DNA from: a virus
Lineage: Duplodnaviria; Caudoviricetes
DNA length: 53,888 bases
Virus record (IMG/VR): IMGVR_UViG_3300031578_000046
Location: 1 to 53,888 of that record
Reading direction: 5' to 3' (one strand)
The notes under the pieces were generated by a model. The model did not search any database. It had not been told where the DNA came from and worked only from the letters and a program-made list of their open reading frames with translations. Made by a program: the position numbers and the translations under genes. This document shows, one piece after another, positions 1 through 8,355 of the stretch; position 1 is the first letter of the stretch, and each line of letters begins with the position of its first letter.

Positions 1-177
1 AATAAAGCTGATGTTTAAAATTTTTATAATTTTCTCTGCCTATTGGTTGTCTATCTGGTTTAATTCGTAAAGCTCCATAAAAATATTTATTAAATTCACC
101 GGTTGTATCGAAATAAACAACATCATTCATTGACTGTTTTAGCTTCATTACAGCAAGTGTTATCTTCTTTACATACT
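1..177 (+). repeat. Terminal overlap, copy 1
   Basis: Matches 53712-53888 except C51 vs T53762. Confidence 0.95.
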
Positions 178-265
178 CGTTACTGTATTTCTTAAACTTA
201 ATCAATTTAAGGCCATCCCATACAGCAATTAATATATGTTTATCGGTTACTTTAATCGTTATCAT
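1..265 (-). CDS. 5' part of 163-aa junction-spanning gene (terminase C-terminal-like)
   Basis: ATG at 265 (MITIKVTDKH...) is in frame with ORF 53485..53859 after circularisation. Confidence 0.75.
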   Translation of the reverse strand, partial: MITIKVTDKHILIAVWDGLKLIKFKKYSNEYVKKITLAVMKLKQSMNDVVYFDTTGEFNKYFYGALRIKPDRQPIGRENYKNFKHQLY

Positions 266-1550
266 TTTTAAATATATTGTTTAGATTGTTTTCATTTATT
301 AAATCACTTGGTGAAATTAAAGGATATTCATAATAAATAAAATATCCACCAGCCTCAGTTATATGATCAAATCCACTAGACTTATCAGGTATCCCATTCT
401 TATCATTTGGCATTCTTTCTAATGCTTCCGTATATTCTGGGCAAGTACGAGTATTTACAAAATAGTTTTTATCTCCATTGCCATTGCAAAACATCCTATT
501 CATATTTTTTATCCGGTCTGTAACAACCGGGTTAGTTGACCTATATTTTACAATGAAACCAGCTTGTTTCAATTGCTCAATATCGGTAGTATCTGCATTA
601 GTTGACCTATTCTTACCACTTGAATCTGGATATATTATAATTTTATTGTTTTTATAACGTTCTTTAATTACATTTATCATTGATTCAGTATCATATACTT
701 TGGTAATTTCATCAACTGCAATAGGTTGTGATCTTATAACATGAGTAACAGCGTGCATATTTCCTATATTAAAATCCATTCCAATATACAACGTATCATT
801 TTCTTTAAAATACTCATCTGAATGATTTTCTTTCCGGTTAAATTTATAATATACCGTTCCTGATGTTAGGTTAACAAATTCACCGTGTAAATAAGCTTTT
901 AATTGTATATCATCGTATAACTCCCGTAAGCCGTCAATATATCCATCACCTAAATTATCAGCATTATCTAAGGTATCTAATTGATATAACTTTTTATTGA
1001 TATTAGCTTGTTTAACAAAAAAATTATACATATAAGCATAACCCTCCGGGGTGCTAACAAAGTCAATACAGTTCTTTGTTGACTTTTTAAATGAGTTCCG
1101 GCTGCTTATCCTTTTAATTGCATCAATCCTCTTATTAGGGTGAACAACATCAACCTCATCTATTAACGAATATCCGACTGAATAAGAAACAATCCTGTCA
1201 GGTGTATCCATTGATCTCATCCATATCTCACCGTAAGGTGTTATTAACTTACTCTCTGCTTTATTGTGCTTATGTACGGTTTTTATGCTTTCAAATATAT
1301 TATCAAATTTAGGAATTAACATATCTTCTATCAAACCATAGGTAGGTAAGTAATAAGCTATTGGAACTCCTGGGGCTTGCAGTAATTTAGTTACAACTTT
1401 AACCGATGCGGCTAAACTCTTCCCACTCTGGTATCCTCCAACTATTCCTGAATGTAAATGTTTTGATTTTATAAAGTCCTTTTGAGTTTGATGTAAACGA
1501 CTTAAATTTAACTTATTGTTTTTGTCGATATATATAATATCATTCATCAA
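252..1550 (-). CDS. terL: Terminase large subunit
   Basis: Walker A GGYQSGKS, Walker B LIDEVD, STPEG motif, nuclease motifs YIGMDFN and FDHITEA. Confidence 0.92.
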   Translation of the reverse strand: MMNDIIYIDKNNKLNLSRLHQTQKDFIKSKHLHSGIVGGYQSGKSLAASVKVVTKLLQAPGVPIAYYLPTYGLIEDMLIPKFDNIFESIKTVHKHNKAESKLITPYGEIWMRSMDTPDRIVSYSVGYSLIDEVDVVHPNKRIDAIKRISSRNSFKKSTKNCIDFVSTPEGYAYMYNFFVKQANINKKLYQLDTLDNADNLGDGYIDGLRELYDDIQLKAYLHGEFVNLTSGTVYYKFNRKENHSDEYFKENDTLYIGMDFNIGNMHAVTHVIRSQPIAVDEITKVYDTESMINVIKERYKNNKIIIYPDSSGKNRSTNADTTDIEQLKQAGFIVKYRSTNPVVTDRIKNMNRMFCNGNGDKNYFVNTRTCPEYTEALERMPNDKNGIPDKSSGFDHITEAGGYFIYYEYPLISPSDLINENNLNNIFKNDND

Positions 1551-1854
1551 ATGTTATCCCTTTTATATCTATGCTTTTAGTCTCAACCTTTTCGGCTATT
1601 TTTCCATACAAAGTATCTTTTATTTCTTTATATGCTGCAACATCTCCTTTTAATGCTTTTAATATTATGGCCAATTCAATCTTATCTTCAAATGTTCCTT
1701 TAATTTCTTTTCCACTTGTAGGGTCTTTAACTTTAGTATTAGCCTCAATCCATTGTCGTAATAATGTAGCCCTATTTTTAGTTCCTTTTGGTTTCCCTTT
1801 TGGATTTCTTATTTCTCCTTTAACAGGAGGTTTTATATTTTGAGGATTTGGCAT
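1540..1854 (-). CDS. terS: Terminase small subunit (putative)
   Basis: Immediately upstream of TerL; N-terminal GEIRNPKGKPKG motif and GDVAAYKEI helix typical of phage TerS-like proteins. Confidence 0.7.
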   Translation of the reverse strand: MPNPQNIKPPVKGEIRNPKGKPKGTKNRATLLRQWIEANTKVKDPTSGKEIKGTFEDKIELAIILKALKGDVAAYKEIKDTLYGKIAEKVETKSIDIKGITFDE

Positions 1855-1916
1855 ATTTATCAAATCAATTTCAAATCAATTAAACAAAATTATAAATTAT
1901 TTATATCATTTCAAAA

Positions 1917-2699
1917 TTATAAATTCAAATAATCTTCATTTGTCTCATTTCCAGATAAATAAACTCCTTTGTTATGAATTAACAAATCTTTTTTAATATA
2001 AAATTTATCATTCATATTTGATTGTCTTAATATTCTAACTGATTCAAATATAAATTTTGACCAATCAATTGATTTATCAATTCCTTTATAATTATTTATT
2101 TTACCTATTTTAACATGATCAATAAACTCAACTACTTTTGATAGTAAATTTAATGACTGTTCTGGAAATATAACAGGCTCAAAACTTGCCCAGGTTTTTA
2201 TCCCATTATTTGCTAATATTTCTAATATATTAATTCTTTCAATTGGTAAGGCTGCCCCAGATTCCCAATATAAAGAATCTTTATTATTGTCAAATGTTAA
2301 TGTAGCACCTATTTTAATTCTACTACCAAATAATTTAATAAGTTCTAAATCTTTTAATATATTTTTACCCCCCTTAGTAAGGATTGCCACTTTGTGATTA
2401 TACTTATTTAAAATTGTTAATACCTTAGTAGTTATTTCAGGATTAATACCACAATAAGGGTCTCCGGTAAATGAAAGTAATATCTGATGACATCCTTTAT
2501 TTTTTTGTGCAGATTTTTCAAGTTCTTTAAATCCTTTTTCATCTGGAATAAAAATAATTTTATGATTATAATTACTATTAAATCGTCCTAACATGTTGGG
2601 AACATAACAATACTTACAATTATGAGGACATCCTTTGTAATAATTCAGTGCTAATGGGCTATATTCTCTTGCCCTACCTGTTGGTTCATAAATTTTCAT
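1917..2699 (-). CDS. Radical SAM protein (SPL-like)
   Basis: CPHNCKYC (CxxxCxxC) motif, SFTGDPY, ILTKG, SFEPV. Confidence 0.85.
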   Translation of the reverse strand: MKIYEPTGRAREYSPLALNYYKGCPHNCKYCYVPNMLGRFNSNYNHKIIFIPDEKGFKELEKSAQKNKGCHQILLSFTGDPYCGINPEITTKVLTILNKYNHKVAILTKGGKNILKDLELIKLFGSRIKIGATLTFDNNKDSLYWESGAALPIERINILEILANNGIKTWASFEPVIFPEQSLNLLSKVVEFIDHVKIGKINNYKGIDKSIDWSKFIFESVRILRQSNMNDKFYIKKDLLIHNKGVYLSGNETNEDYLNL

Positions 2700-2880
2700 A
2701 TATTTATATATTAAGTTTGAAAATAAAAATAATTTTTTCTGTCAATAAAATATCCCTATCCTCTGAGTATTATTTTGTAAAACACCGTCTATATAAATAT
2801 GATTTAGTAATAAGTTTTTTGTTTTTTCACTTACGTTTTTTTGTTTATTCCTTCTTTTATTTCTTTTCTTTAGTTCCTAT

Positions 2881-3111
2881 TTAGATATTATGTTCCCCGT
2901 CATCAATCCACTCAAACCCGGCGGATTCTATTTTAGCATATTTTTTAGGCATTCCCATATTTTCTGCAAATACATTAGAAAAATCTTGTAAAAAATGAGC
3001 TGTTTTAATTACGTTTTTTAGATCAATCAGAAAATTATCTAAATTATTTTTATTAGTACACTTTATCATATCTTGTACTGTATTTATTTGGTGTTTTTTA
3101 TTTTTTTTCAT
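2881..3111 (-). CDS. Hypothetical protein
   Basis: ORF with AT-rich leader, co-oriented with neighbours. Confidence 0.6.
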   Translation of the reverse strand: MKKNKKHQINTVQDMIKCTNKNNLDNFLIDLKNVIKTAHFLQDFSNVFAENMGMPKKYAKIESAGFEWIDDGEHNI

Positions 3112-3143
3112 GTAATTTTATAAATATTAATTTTTCATATTAT

Positions 3144-3428
3144 TTAAGTAAATAACCAAATTATTAAACCTATAATAATTAATGCACATCCAAATATTAA
3201 ATATCCTAATTTTTGATCTTCATTTACATTGTTTAAAGGTATAATTTTTTTAATGAAAAAACTATTTAACACATCGTCTTCATGCCCAGCTGGTAAATTA
3301 TATTCCTTTATTCTTTTTTTGCTTTTTATAAAAAACAACTCTCTAACATATTCTTTTGATATTCCACACATACGCTCAACGCCTTGCTGGCCTCCTATTT
3401 CATAATATATGTCGTAATAGTTATTCAT
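3144..3428 (-). CDS. Hypothetical protein with C-terminal TM helix
   Basis: ORF; hydrophobic C-terminus. Confidence 0.6.
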   Translation of the reverse strand: MNNYYDIYYEIGGQQGVERMCGISKEYVRELFFIKSKKRIKEYNLPAGHEDDVLNSFFIKKIIPLNNVNEDQKLGYLIFGCALIIIGLIIWLFT

Positions 3429-3440
3429 AATTTTTAAAAT

Positions 3441-3503
3441 AAAGTGGAGTAAACGATAATCTCTATTGCTTACGATTGTAAATTATTTGGTTTCTCCACT
3501 TTT
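3441..3503. promoter_or_regulatory. Intergenic inverted repeat (hairpin)
   Basis: AAAGTGGAG ... CTCCACTTT arms between two ORFs. Confidence 0.35.
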
Positions 3504-3505
3504 AT

Positions 3506-3697
3506 TTAATTTATTTGTGATTCATCAAAATGCGTTTCAATTGCTTTAATACAATTTTTCGCATCAATGTTGAGGCTTAATCTTTCATTATTCAATCTTA
3601 CAGCGTCTTTAGTACTCAGCTCTTCAATTGCTTTTAAAACAACTTTAATTTCTTTCTTAAATTGTTTTTTCTCTTTATCATTAAATTGTTGTGCCAT
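3506..3697 (-). CDS. Hypothetical protein
   Basis: ORF in tightly packed cluster. Confidence 0.55.
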   Translation of the reverse strand: MAQQFNDKEKKQFKKEIKVVLKAIEELSTKDAVRLNNERLSLNIDAKNCIKAIETHFDESQIN

Positions 3698-3699
3698 AA

Positions 3700-3993
3700 T
3701 TAATTAATTTTTAAGTTTTGGTAATGTAAATTTTTTATTTCTGCTAATTCCAAATCTTTTTCTAATTCCTCAATATCTAAATTTCCAAATGTAGGTATTG
3801 GAGGCTCAATTAAAATCGAATTTTTTAAATATCCAGATAATTCAAAATAATATTGAATCCTTTCTAAATGCCAATCATAACCACATCCACTCAATGCTTT
3901 GTTATTTTTTTGATAACATGCCCAGTCTATATGATAATCTATAAGTGATTGGGTTGTCTTTATTAAATACTGCTGTTTTTTAGTATATTGCAT
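3700..3993 (-). CDS. Hypothetical protein
   Basis: ORF with overlapping start/stop. Confidence 0.6.
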   Translation of the reverse strand: MQYTKKQQYLIKTTQSLIDYHIDWACYQKNNKALSGCGYDWHLERIQYYFELSGYLKNSILIEPPIPTFGNLDIEELEKDLELAEIKNLHYQNLKIN

Positions 3994-4178
3994 TAATTTA
4001 AATAAATTATTTCAATTTCTCCTTTTTTTAATATATCAGTTTTTAAAAATACATTACCATCTTCATTAGTTATTGGTATTATATATTTTACCATTAATGG
4101 CTTTTTATCATCACCTATTATTATTTCCCTTAAATCATAAACTTTTTTATTCTTTAAATTTCTAACCTGTATTTGCAT
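3993..4178 (-). CDS. Hypothetical protein
   Basis: ORF with overlapping start/stop. Confidence 0.55.
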   Translation of the reverse strand: MQIQVRNLKNKKVYDLREIIIGDDKKPLMVKYIIPITNEDGNVFLKTDILKKGEIEIIYLN

Positions 4179-4347
4179 GGTGAATTTTTTTTATATCAAA
4201 AATATATTTATGCCTGTTATTATTATAAAATCTGTAAATTAAATTATCACCATAAAGCTCGGTTATTAAATCCATTAATAACTTGCTATTTTGGAAATTA
4301 TCTATTAACCTTATTAAAGCTTCCTGTTCTTCTAGGTTTTTAATCAT
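4162..4347 (-). CDS. Hypothetical protein
   Basis: ORF with overlapping start/stop. Confidence 0.55.
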   Translation of the reverse strand: MIKNLEEQEALIRLIDNFQNSKLLMDLITELYGDNLIYRFYNNNRHKYIFDIKKIHHANTG

Positions 4348-4712
4348 TATTTTATAATGAAAGTATCAGGTTTTGCAATATATAATTCTCCGCATCTTAA
4401 ACATTTACGTCTAAATGGCCTGCAATTAGGTTTTATTAAATAAGTTTTTCTTAATGTTGCTATTCCGGTAGTAAACTCATCTACATATACGCATTTACAT
4501 GAATCATAAGGATATTTTTTTGTGTAAATAATATCTCTTAAATAAAAAATTCTGGAAGGAATATGATTTTTACAAATTTCTTTCTTGCCTATTGTATCAC
4601 CTTCAAATATATAAATTTGTTGAGAATACATTTTATTAGCCAATAAAAGCCATAAAATTATTACAAATAGGACTATTGCTAAAATTTTATATGTATTTAT
4701 TCTAAATTGCAT
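4347..4712 (-). CDS. Hypothetical membrane/secreted Cys-rich protein
   Basis: N-terminal hydrophobic segment; CxC and CxxC motifs. Confidence 0.6.
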   Translation of the reverse strand: MQFRINTYKILAIVLFVIILWLLLANKMYSQQIYIFEGDTIGKKEICKNHIPSRIFYLRDIIYTKKYPYDSCKCVYVDEFTTGIATLRKTYLIKPNCRPFRRKCLRCGELYIAKPDTFIIK

Positions 4713-4749
4713 AGTTCAAAAATATAAAATATTAATTAGAATTGCAAAT

Positions 4750-4980
4750 TTAATAATTATCGGTTACAAGTTTTAAACCATTAAATTTATAAATTTTTAA
4801 TTTTCGTTTTATTGCCCCCTGATAGCTTATATTTTCATCTTTGGCATATTGTGATAATGTTTTAATATTTAAAATAATAGCAACGTGTTCAAAAATTTGA
4901 ACCAAATCATCATTATTTAGCTCTCCCTTATGAATACATGCAAATAATCTATCTTTTATAATAAGCGATCTATCAGACAT
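4750..4980 (-). CDS. Small putative DNA-binding (HTH-like) protein adjacent to attI-like site
   Basis: KTLSQYAKDENISYQGAIKR resembles an HTH; start codon 40 bp from the array crossover at 5021. Confidence 0.65.
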   Translation of the reverse strand: MSDRSLIIKDRLFACIHKGELNNDDLVQIFEHVAIILNIKTLSQYAKDENISYQGAIKRKLKIYKFNGLKLVTDNY

Positions 4981-4989
4981 TTATGTTAA

Positions 4990-5023
4990 GTTTAAAATTT
5001 TGAACTGACTTTATACAATTGTT
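4990..5023 (+). other. attI-like array entry site, copy 1
   Basis: GTTTAAAATTTTGAACTGACTTTATACAATT-GTT, directly before the first cassette. Confidence 0.7.
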
Positions 5024-5294
5024 AGCGGCAAGCGAAGAAAGGCTTCGGCATTGGCTTCCAATATATTATTTTATTACTTGGTGGTGGACTGCTTTTATAT
5101 CTATTTTCCCACTTCTCACTACCATCGGTAAATTTAAAGTGCATTAAATGGTGTATTGTTCTGTTTTCAAGCATTACAATATATTCTGCTGTCATATCTG
5201 TTTGCGGTGGATAAAAAATATATGAACGCCAGCCGCTAACAAGCAATATAAAAAATGCCTTAAAGTGTGCTAAAATTGAAGTTCTTGTTTTCAT
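5022..5294 (-). CDS. Cassette gene, DUF551-like C-terminus
   Basis: IIYWKPMPKP motif; starts in attC loop, TAA at crossover. Confidence 0.6.
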   Translation of the reverse strand: MKTRTSILAHFKAFFILLVSGWRSYIFYPPQTDMTAEYIVMLENRTIHHLMHFKFTDGSEKWENRYKSSPPPSNKIIYWKPMPKPFFACR

Positions 5295-5358
5295 ATTTAC
5301 TTTATTTTTAATTGATAAATTAGTTCTTTGTAGTCGGCACTTTTCATATTGCCGACCA

Positions 5359-5697
5359 TTAGGCAACATAATGCGCTACTGCTGCCATCCAAAGTATATG
5401 TATAACGTTATCAACTATCACATGCCCCCAAAATTTGCTAAAATCATTCTGGAATTTACCAGTCACCCTGCAAAACCAAGCTACAAAATGTGTTCGGTCT
5501 TGTATGTAATGTTGTACTGCAATAAGCAATAGTTGTATTAAACTTAGTTCTGTAAATATAAACGGTATCATGTACGTTAAAATGTGTACACTACACGCAA
5601 AGTCGCTTTTCTTTTTGTTACCTGCCATCCAATCATTTTGTAGCAAGTAGTCACCTATTAAGTGGGCTAATATCCAAGGCAAATTTAGTCCTATCAT
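5359..5697 (-). CDS. Cassette gene, DUF3307-like membrane protein
   Basis: LAHLIGDYLLQNDWMA, QHYIQD, DNVIH motifs. Confidence 0.75.
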   Translation of the reverse strand: MIGLNLPWILAHLIGDYLLQNDWMAGNKKKSDFACSVHILTYMIPFIFTELSLIQLLLIAVQHYIQDRTHFVAWFCRVTGKFQNDFSKFWGHVIVDNVIHILWMAAVAHYVA

Positions 5698-5951
5698 AAT
5701 TACGTTGCCTAACAATAAATATAGCAAATAGCCAAGTTAGGCGTGCATTTGTCACTATCTGCGTGTTTATAATCATTTTACTGTATTCAAAGTTTGTGCT
5801 ATTTATGGCTACTTGCCATATTCTCAACGTTAGCAAACATTAAAACGATTTGCTAACACGGTATATAACCAATGCTTACCGTGTAGCTTCGTATTAAGTT
5901 TCTGCAAGTGCTTTAAAAATTTTGCCAACGCTCTTTAATTTTTTTCAAAAA

Positions 5952-6383
5952 TTATTTTTTAGTTTCATCACAAATATTATATTTTGGACAATAAGTACAT
6001 GGCTGTGGAGGTTTTAAAAAATCATCATTTTTTACAGTAAAAAATTCATATAAGTCTTTGCATAAATATCTATCACACTTTAAAGGCATTCTTTCACCTC
6101 CATTTTTAATTATTGATTTTATTCTTAATTTACCATAACGCCAAGGTGATTCTAATTTATATGAATACATTTGTATATTTTTTACTTTACAATAAAAATC
6201 TATACTTAAATACTCACCATCTTCAGATGTTTCAGTTTCTTTTATTAAATGTTTACAAAAATTAAAACACGAATGTTTATTATTAGGATTTTCTTTACAT
6301 GCTTTTTCGTGTTTTATGCAATCATTTGACCTTTTATAAATTTTATTACAGTAATCGCATTTAAAAGCTTCTATTTTTTCCAT
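5952..6383 (-). CDS. Cys-rich (zinc-finger-like) protein inside an attC loop
   Basis: CDYC...HEKAC and CTYC motifs. Confidence 0.65.
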   Translation of the reverse strand: MEKIEAFKCDYCNKIYKRSNDCIKHEKACKENPNNKHSCFNFCKHLIKETETSEDGEYLSIDFYCKVKNIQMYSYKLESPWRYGKLRIKSIIKNGGERMPLKCDRYLCKDLYEFFTVKNDDFLKPPQPCTYCPKYNICDETKK

Positions 6384-6547
6384 AATTTATTTATATTAAT
6401 GTTAAAAAATGCCCCCTAAAAATTTTTAAAACAGGAACTCCTGTTCTCGTATCGAAATTTGTAGGTTTATTCGCACTGGTCATATACCCACCGTTATGTA
6501 CAAGCGCAAAGCAGTACATCTAATAAAGTTCAGTGGGAGTAATTTTA

Positions 6548-6736
6548 TTATTTTTTCTTCCTACCTCCTCTTTTAACATCAAGTTTTCTAACTTCTAATT
6601 GCCAATCTAAATGTATCGGAAATTTTTTACCTTTTAAAGTATGATAATTATAACCTAATTCATCACACATAATTTTTAAATTACCAAACGGCATAATTTG
6701 CTTTTTATACCAATCAATATATAGTATTGTTTTCAT
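6548..6736 (-). CDS. Hypothetical protein (cassette cargo)
   Basis: ORF with AT-rich leader. Confidence 0.55.
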   Translation of the reverse strand: MKTILYIDWYKKQIMPFGNLKIMCDELGYNYHTLKGKKFPIHLDWQLEVRKLDVKRGGRKKK

Positions 6737-6862
6737 TTTTATTTTCCCAAAATATTATTGATGATTCAAATGGATATATAACTCTTGCTTGATGTTTTCC
6801 ACATTTAATACATTTTCTTTCAGAAGGAGTTATCATAATCCATTTATGTCTATGTAATAATT

Positions 6863-7054
6863 TCATATTTGTGTAGCTTTTAAATTACTTAAATCTGGAA
6901 AATTTATTAAACAATTGAGTTTATTAATCGCTCTGTGTTTTGCATTATCTTTAGTTGTGGCATCAATAAACATTGTTTTTCCTTCTGGAAATAATTTTTG
7001 AGCAAGTTTACAATTTCGCCCCTTACTACTTAATTCTACTGCAAATGTTTTCAT
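6863..7054 (-). CDS. Hypothetical protein (cassette cargo)
   Basis: ORF downstream of a promoter-like element near 7082. Confidence 0.55.
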   Translation of the reverse strand: MKTFAVELSSKGRNCKLAQKLFPEGKTMFIDATTKDNAKHRAINKLNCLINFPDLSNLKATQI

Positions 7055-7286
7055 ATATTATGTGATTTTTTTAATTATACGTAAATATAGTTATTATGTT
7101 TCTAATAAACAAGAATTATAGTGTTTATTTTTCTATTTTAATTAAAATATTTTTGCCATCACACAAAAAATAATAAAATTACCTTTCTTCGTAGCGTGCT
7201 AAGTGGCTGATAATGCGCCAGTACATAACACGCAATAAAGCACATTAAAACGATGCCTTATTGCTGTCCGTTGTACGCAATAAAAA

Positions 7287-7493
7287 TTACTTACGTACTA
7301 GTATATTTAATGGTTCTTTGCCTTTTCCTATCAAATATTTATCTACCGCAATTGCAGCTTCTCTTTCTGTATCATAAGTTTTTCTGCAAACATTTGGCAG
7401 TGTTATCATCCAGTAATTTTTATCAGTAGTTTGAGCACACTGCTGTACATATTTGTATTTACTTTTTCCGTATTTTGTTGTCTGTTGTGCCAT
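7287..7493 (-). CDS. AP2-like DNA-binding protein (cassette gene)
   Basis: SKYKYV...W...TYDTEREAAIAVD pattern. Confidence 0.55.
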   Translation of the reverse strand: MAQQTTKYGKSKYKYVQQCAQTTDKNYWMITLPNVCRKTYDTEREAAIAVDKYLIGKGKEPLNILVRK

Positions 7494-7602
7494 AAGTCGT
7501 AATTTTAAAAGCGTACAACACGCTGTATAGTTAATAAGCCGGATAGTTTTGTGCGTTGATTTGGGGCTGTGTGGTCGGCTTACATAACCATACAGCCATC
7601 CA

Positions 7603-7896
7603 TTATAAACAAGCGTAAATAAGCACACCTAAGATTAAACCAACTACAAAACCTACAATTCTGTTATTTATTGGATCGTTCCAAAAACGCCAGTTTATAA
7701 CATTTTGTAAATGCAAGCCGTTTGCGCTCGCATCAGCTTTCACAGCCGCACTATCTAAACTATCAAATACGGTGTCTTTAATCTCATCCCATATTTCAGG
7801 TTCGTGTTTTTTAATCAACCTTAATAATTTAAAGTAAGTTTCTCCATTCATTGAAACTCCGCTAATTGTCACTTTTACATCTTTAATATCTGCCAT
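7603..7896 (-). CDS. Cassette gene with C-terminal TM helix
   Basis: Starts in attC loop, TAA at crossover. Confidence 0.6.
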   Translation of the reverse strand: MADIKDVKVTISGVSMNGETYFKLLRLIKKHEPEIWDEIKDTVFDSLDSAAVKADASANGLHLQNVINWRFWNDPINNRIVGFVVGLILGVLIYACL

Positions 7897-7975
7897 CGCT
7901 CGGTTATTTATAATTTATATTCACGTTCATAATTTTGTGCTATTTTCAACAACGGCCAGCACTTACAAGTTGCCG

Positions 7976-8281
7976 TTAGCGGCAAGCTGGCCTCCACAAT
8001 TCAAATTTATCCATTAATCCGTCATCCCTCATCACCTTACCTACTCCTATATATTCAGCTTCTACCCAATCTATATTTCCTTTATATCTAATTCTATCAC
8101 CTATTTCTGGCTTTTCATCTTCAATATTCAGCCAGCCGCTAACATGCGGTATAGGTAATTTGCCGTCCTCCGATTTAAGTTTGTGCAAATCTGCCAAAAA
8201 ATTATCAACTAATTCTTTTGTTTCAAATCCTTCCAATGCTTTAGAAAGATTTTCATACTTTGTTATTAATTTCTGTATCAT
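7976..8281 (-). CDS. Cassette gene, hypothetical
   Basis: Starts in attC loop (LPIPHVSG), TAA at crossover. Confidence 0.6.
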   Translation of the reverse strand: MIQKLITKYENLSKALEGFETKELVDNFLADLHKLKSEDGKLPIPHVSGWLNIEDEKPEIGDRIRYKGNIDWVEAEYIGVGKVMRDDGLMDKFELWRPACR

Positions 8282-8355
8282 AATTTTTTTAAGTTAAGTA
8301 TTTCAATTCAAGTCTGGTGCGGTGCGTGGGGCAAACATACCCATACCGCCAGCCG

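Noticed and set aside
1-177. Physical direct terminal repeat of the virion DNA
   Set aside because: The repeat falls mid-gene and its 126-bp exact part is what an assembler overlap would give; treated as a circularisation artefact.
5234-5364. attC-like palindromes as simple rho-independent terminators
   Set aside because: They lack compact GC stems with U-tracts, often contain start codons, and show cassette-specific end complementarity that terminators would not explain.
5651-5836. 61-aa minus-strand ORF spanning attC 5707-5835
   Set aside because: Lies almost wholly within the attC and overlaps the DUF3307-like gene out of frame; likely spurious.
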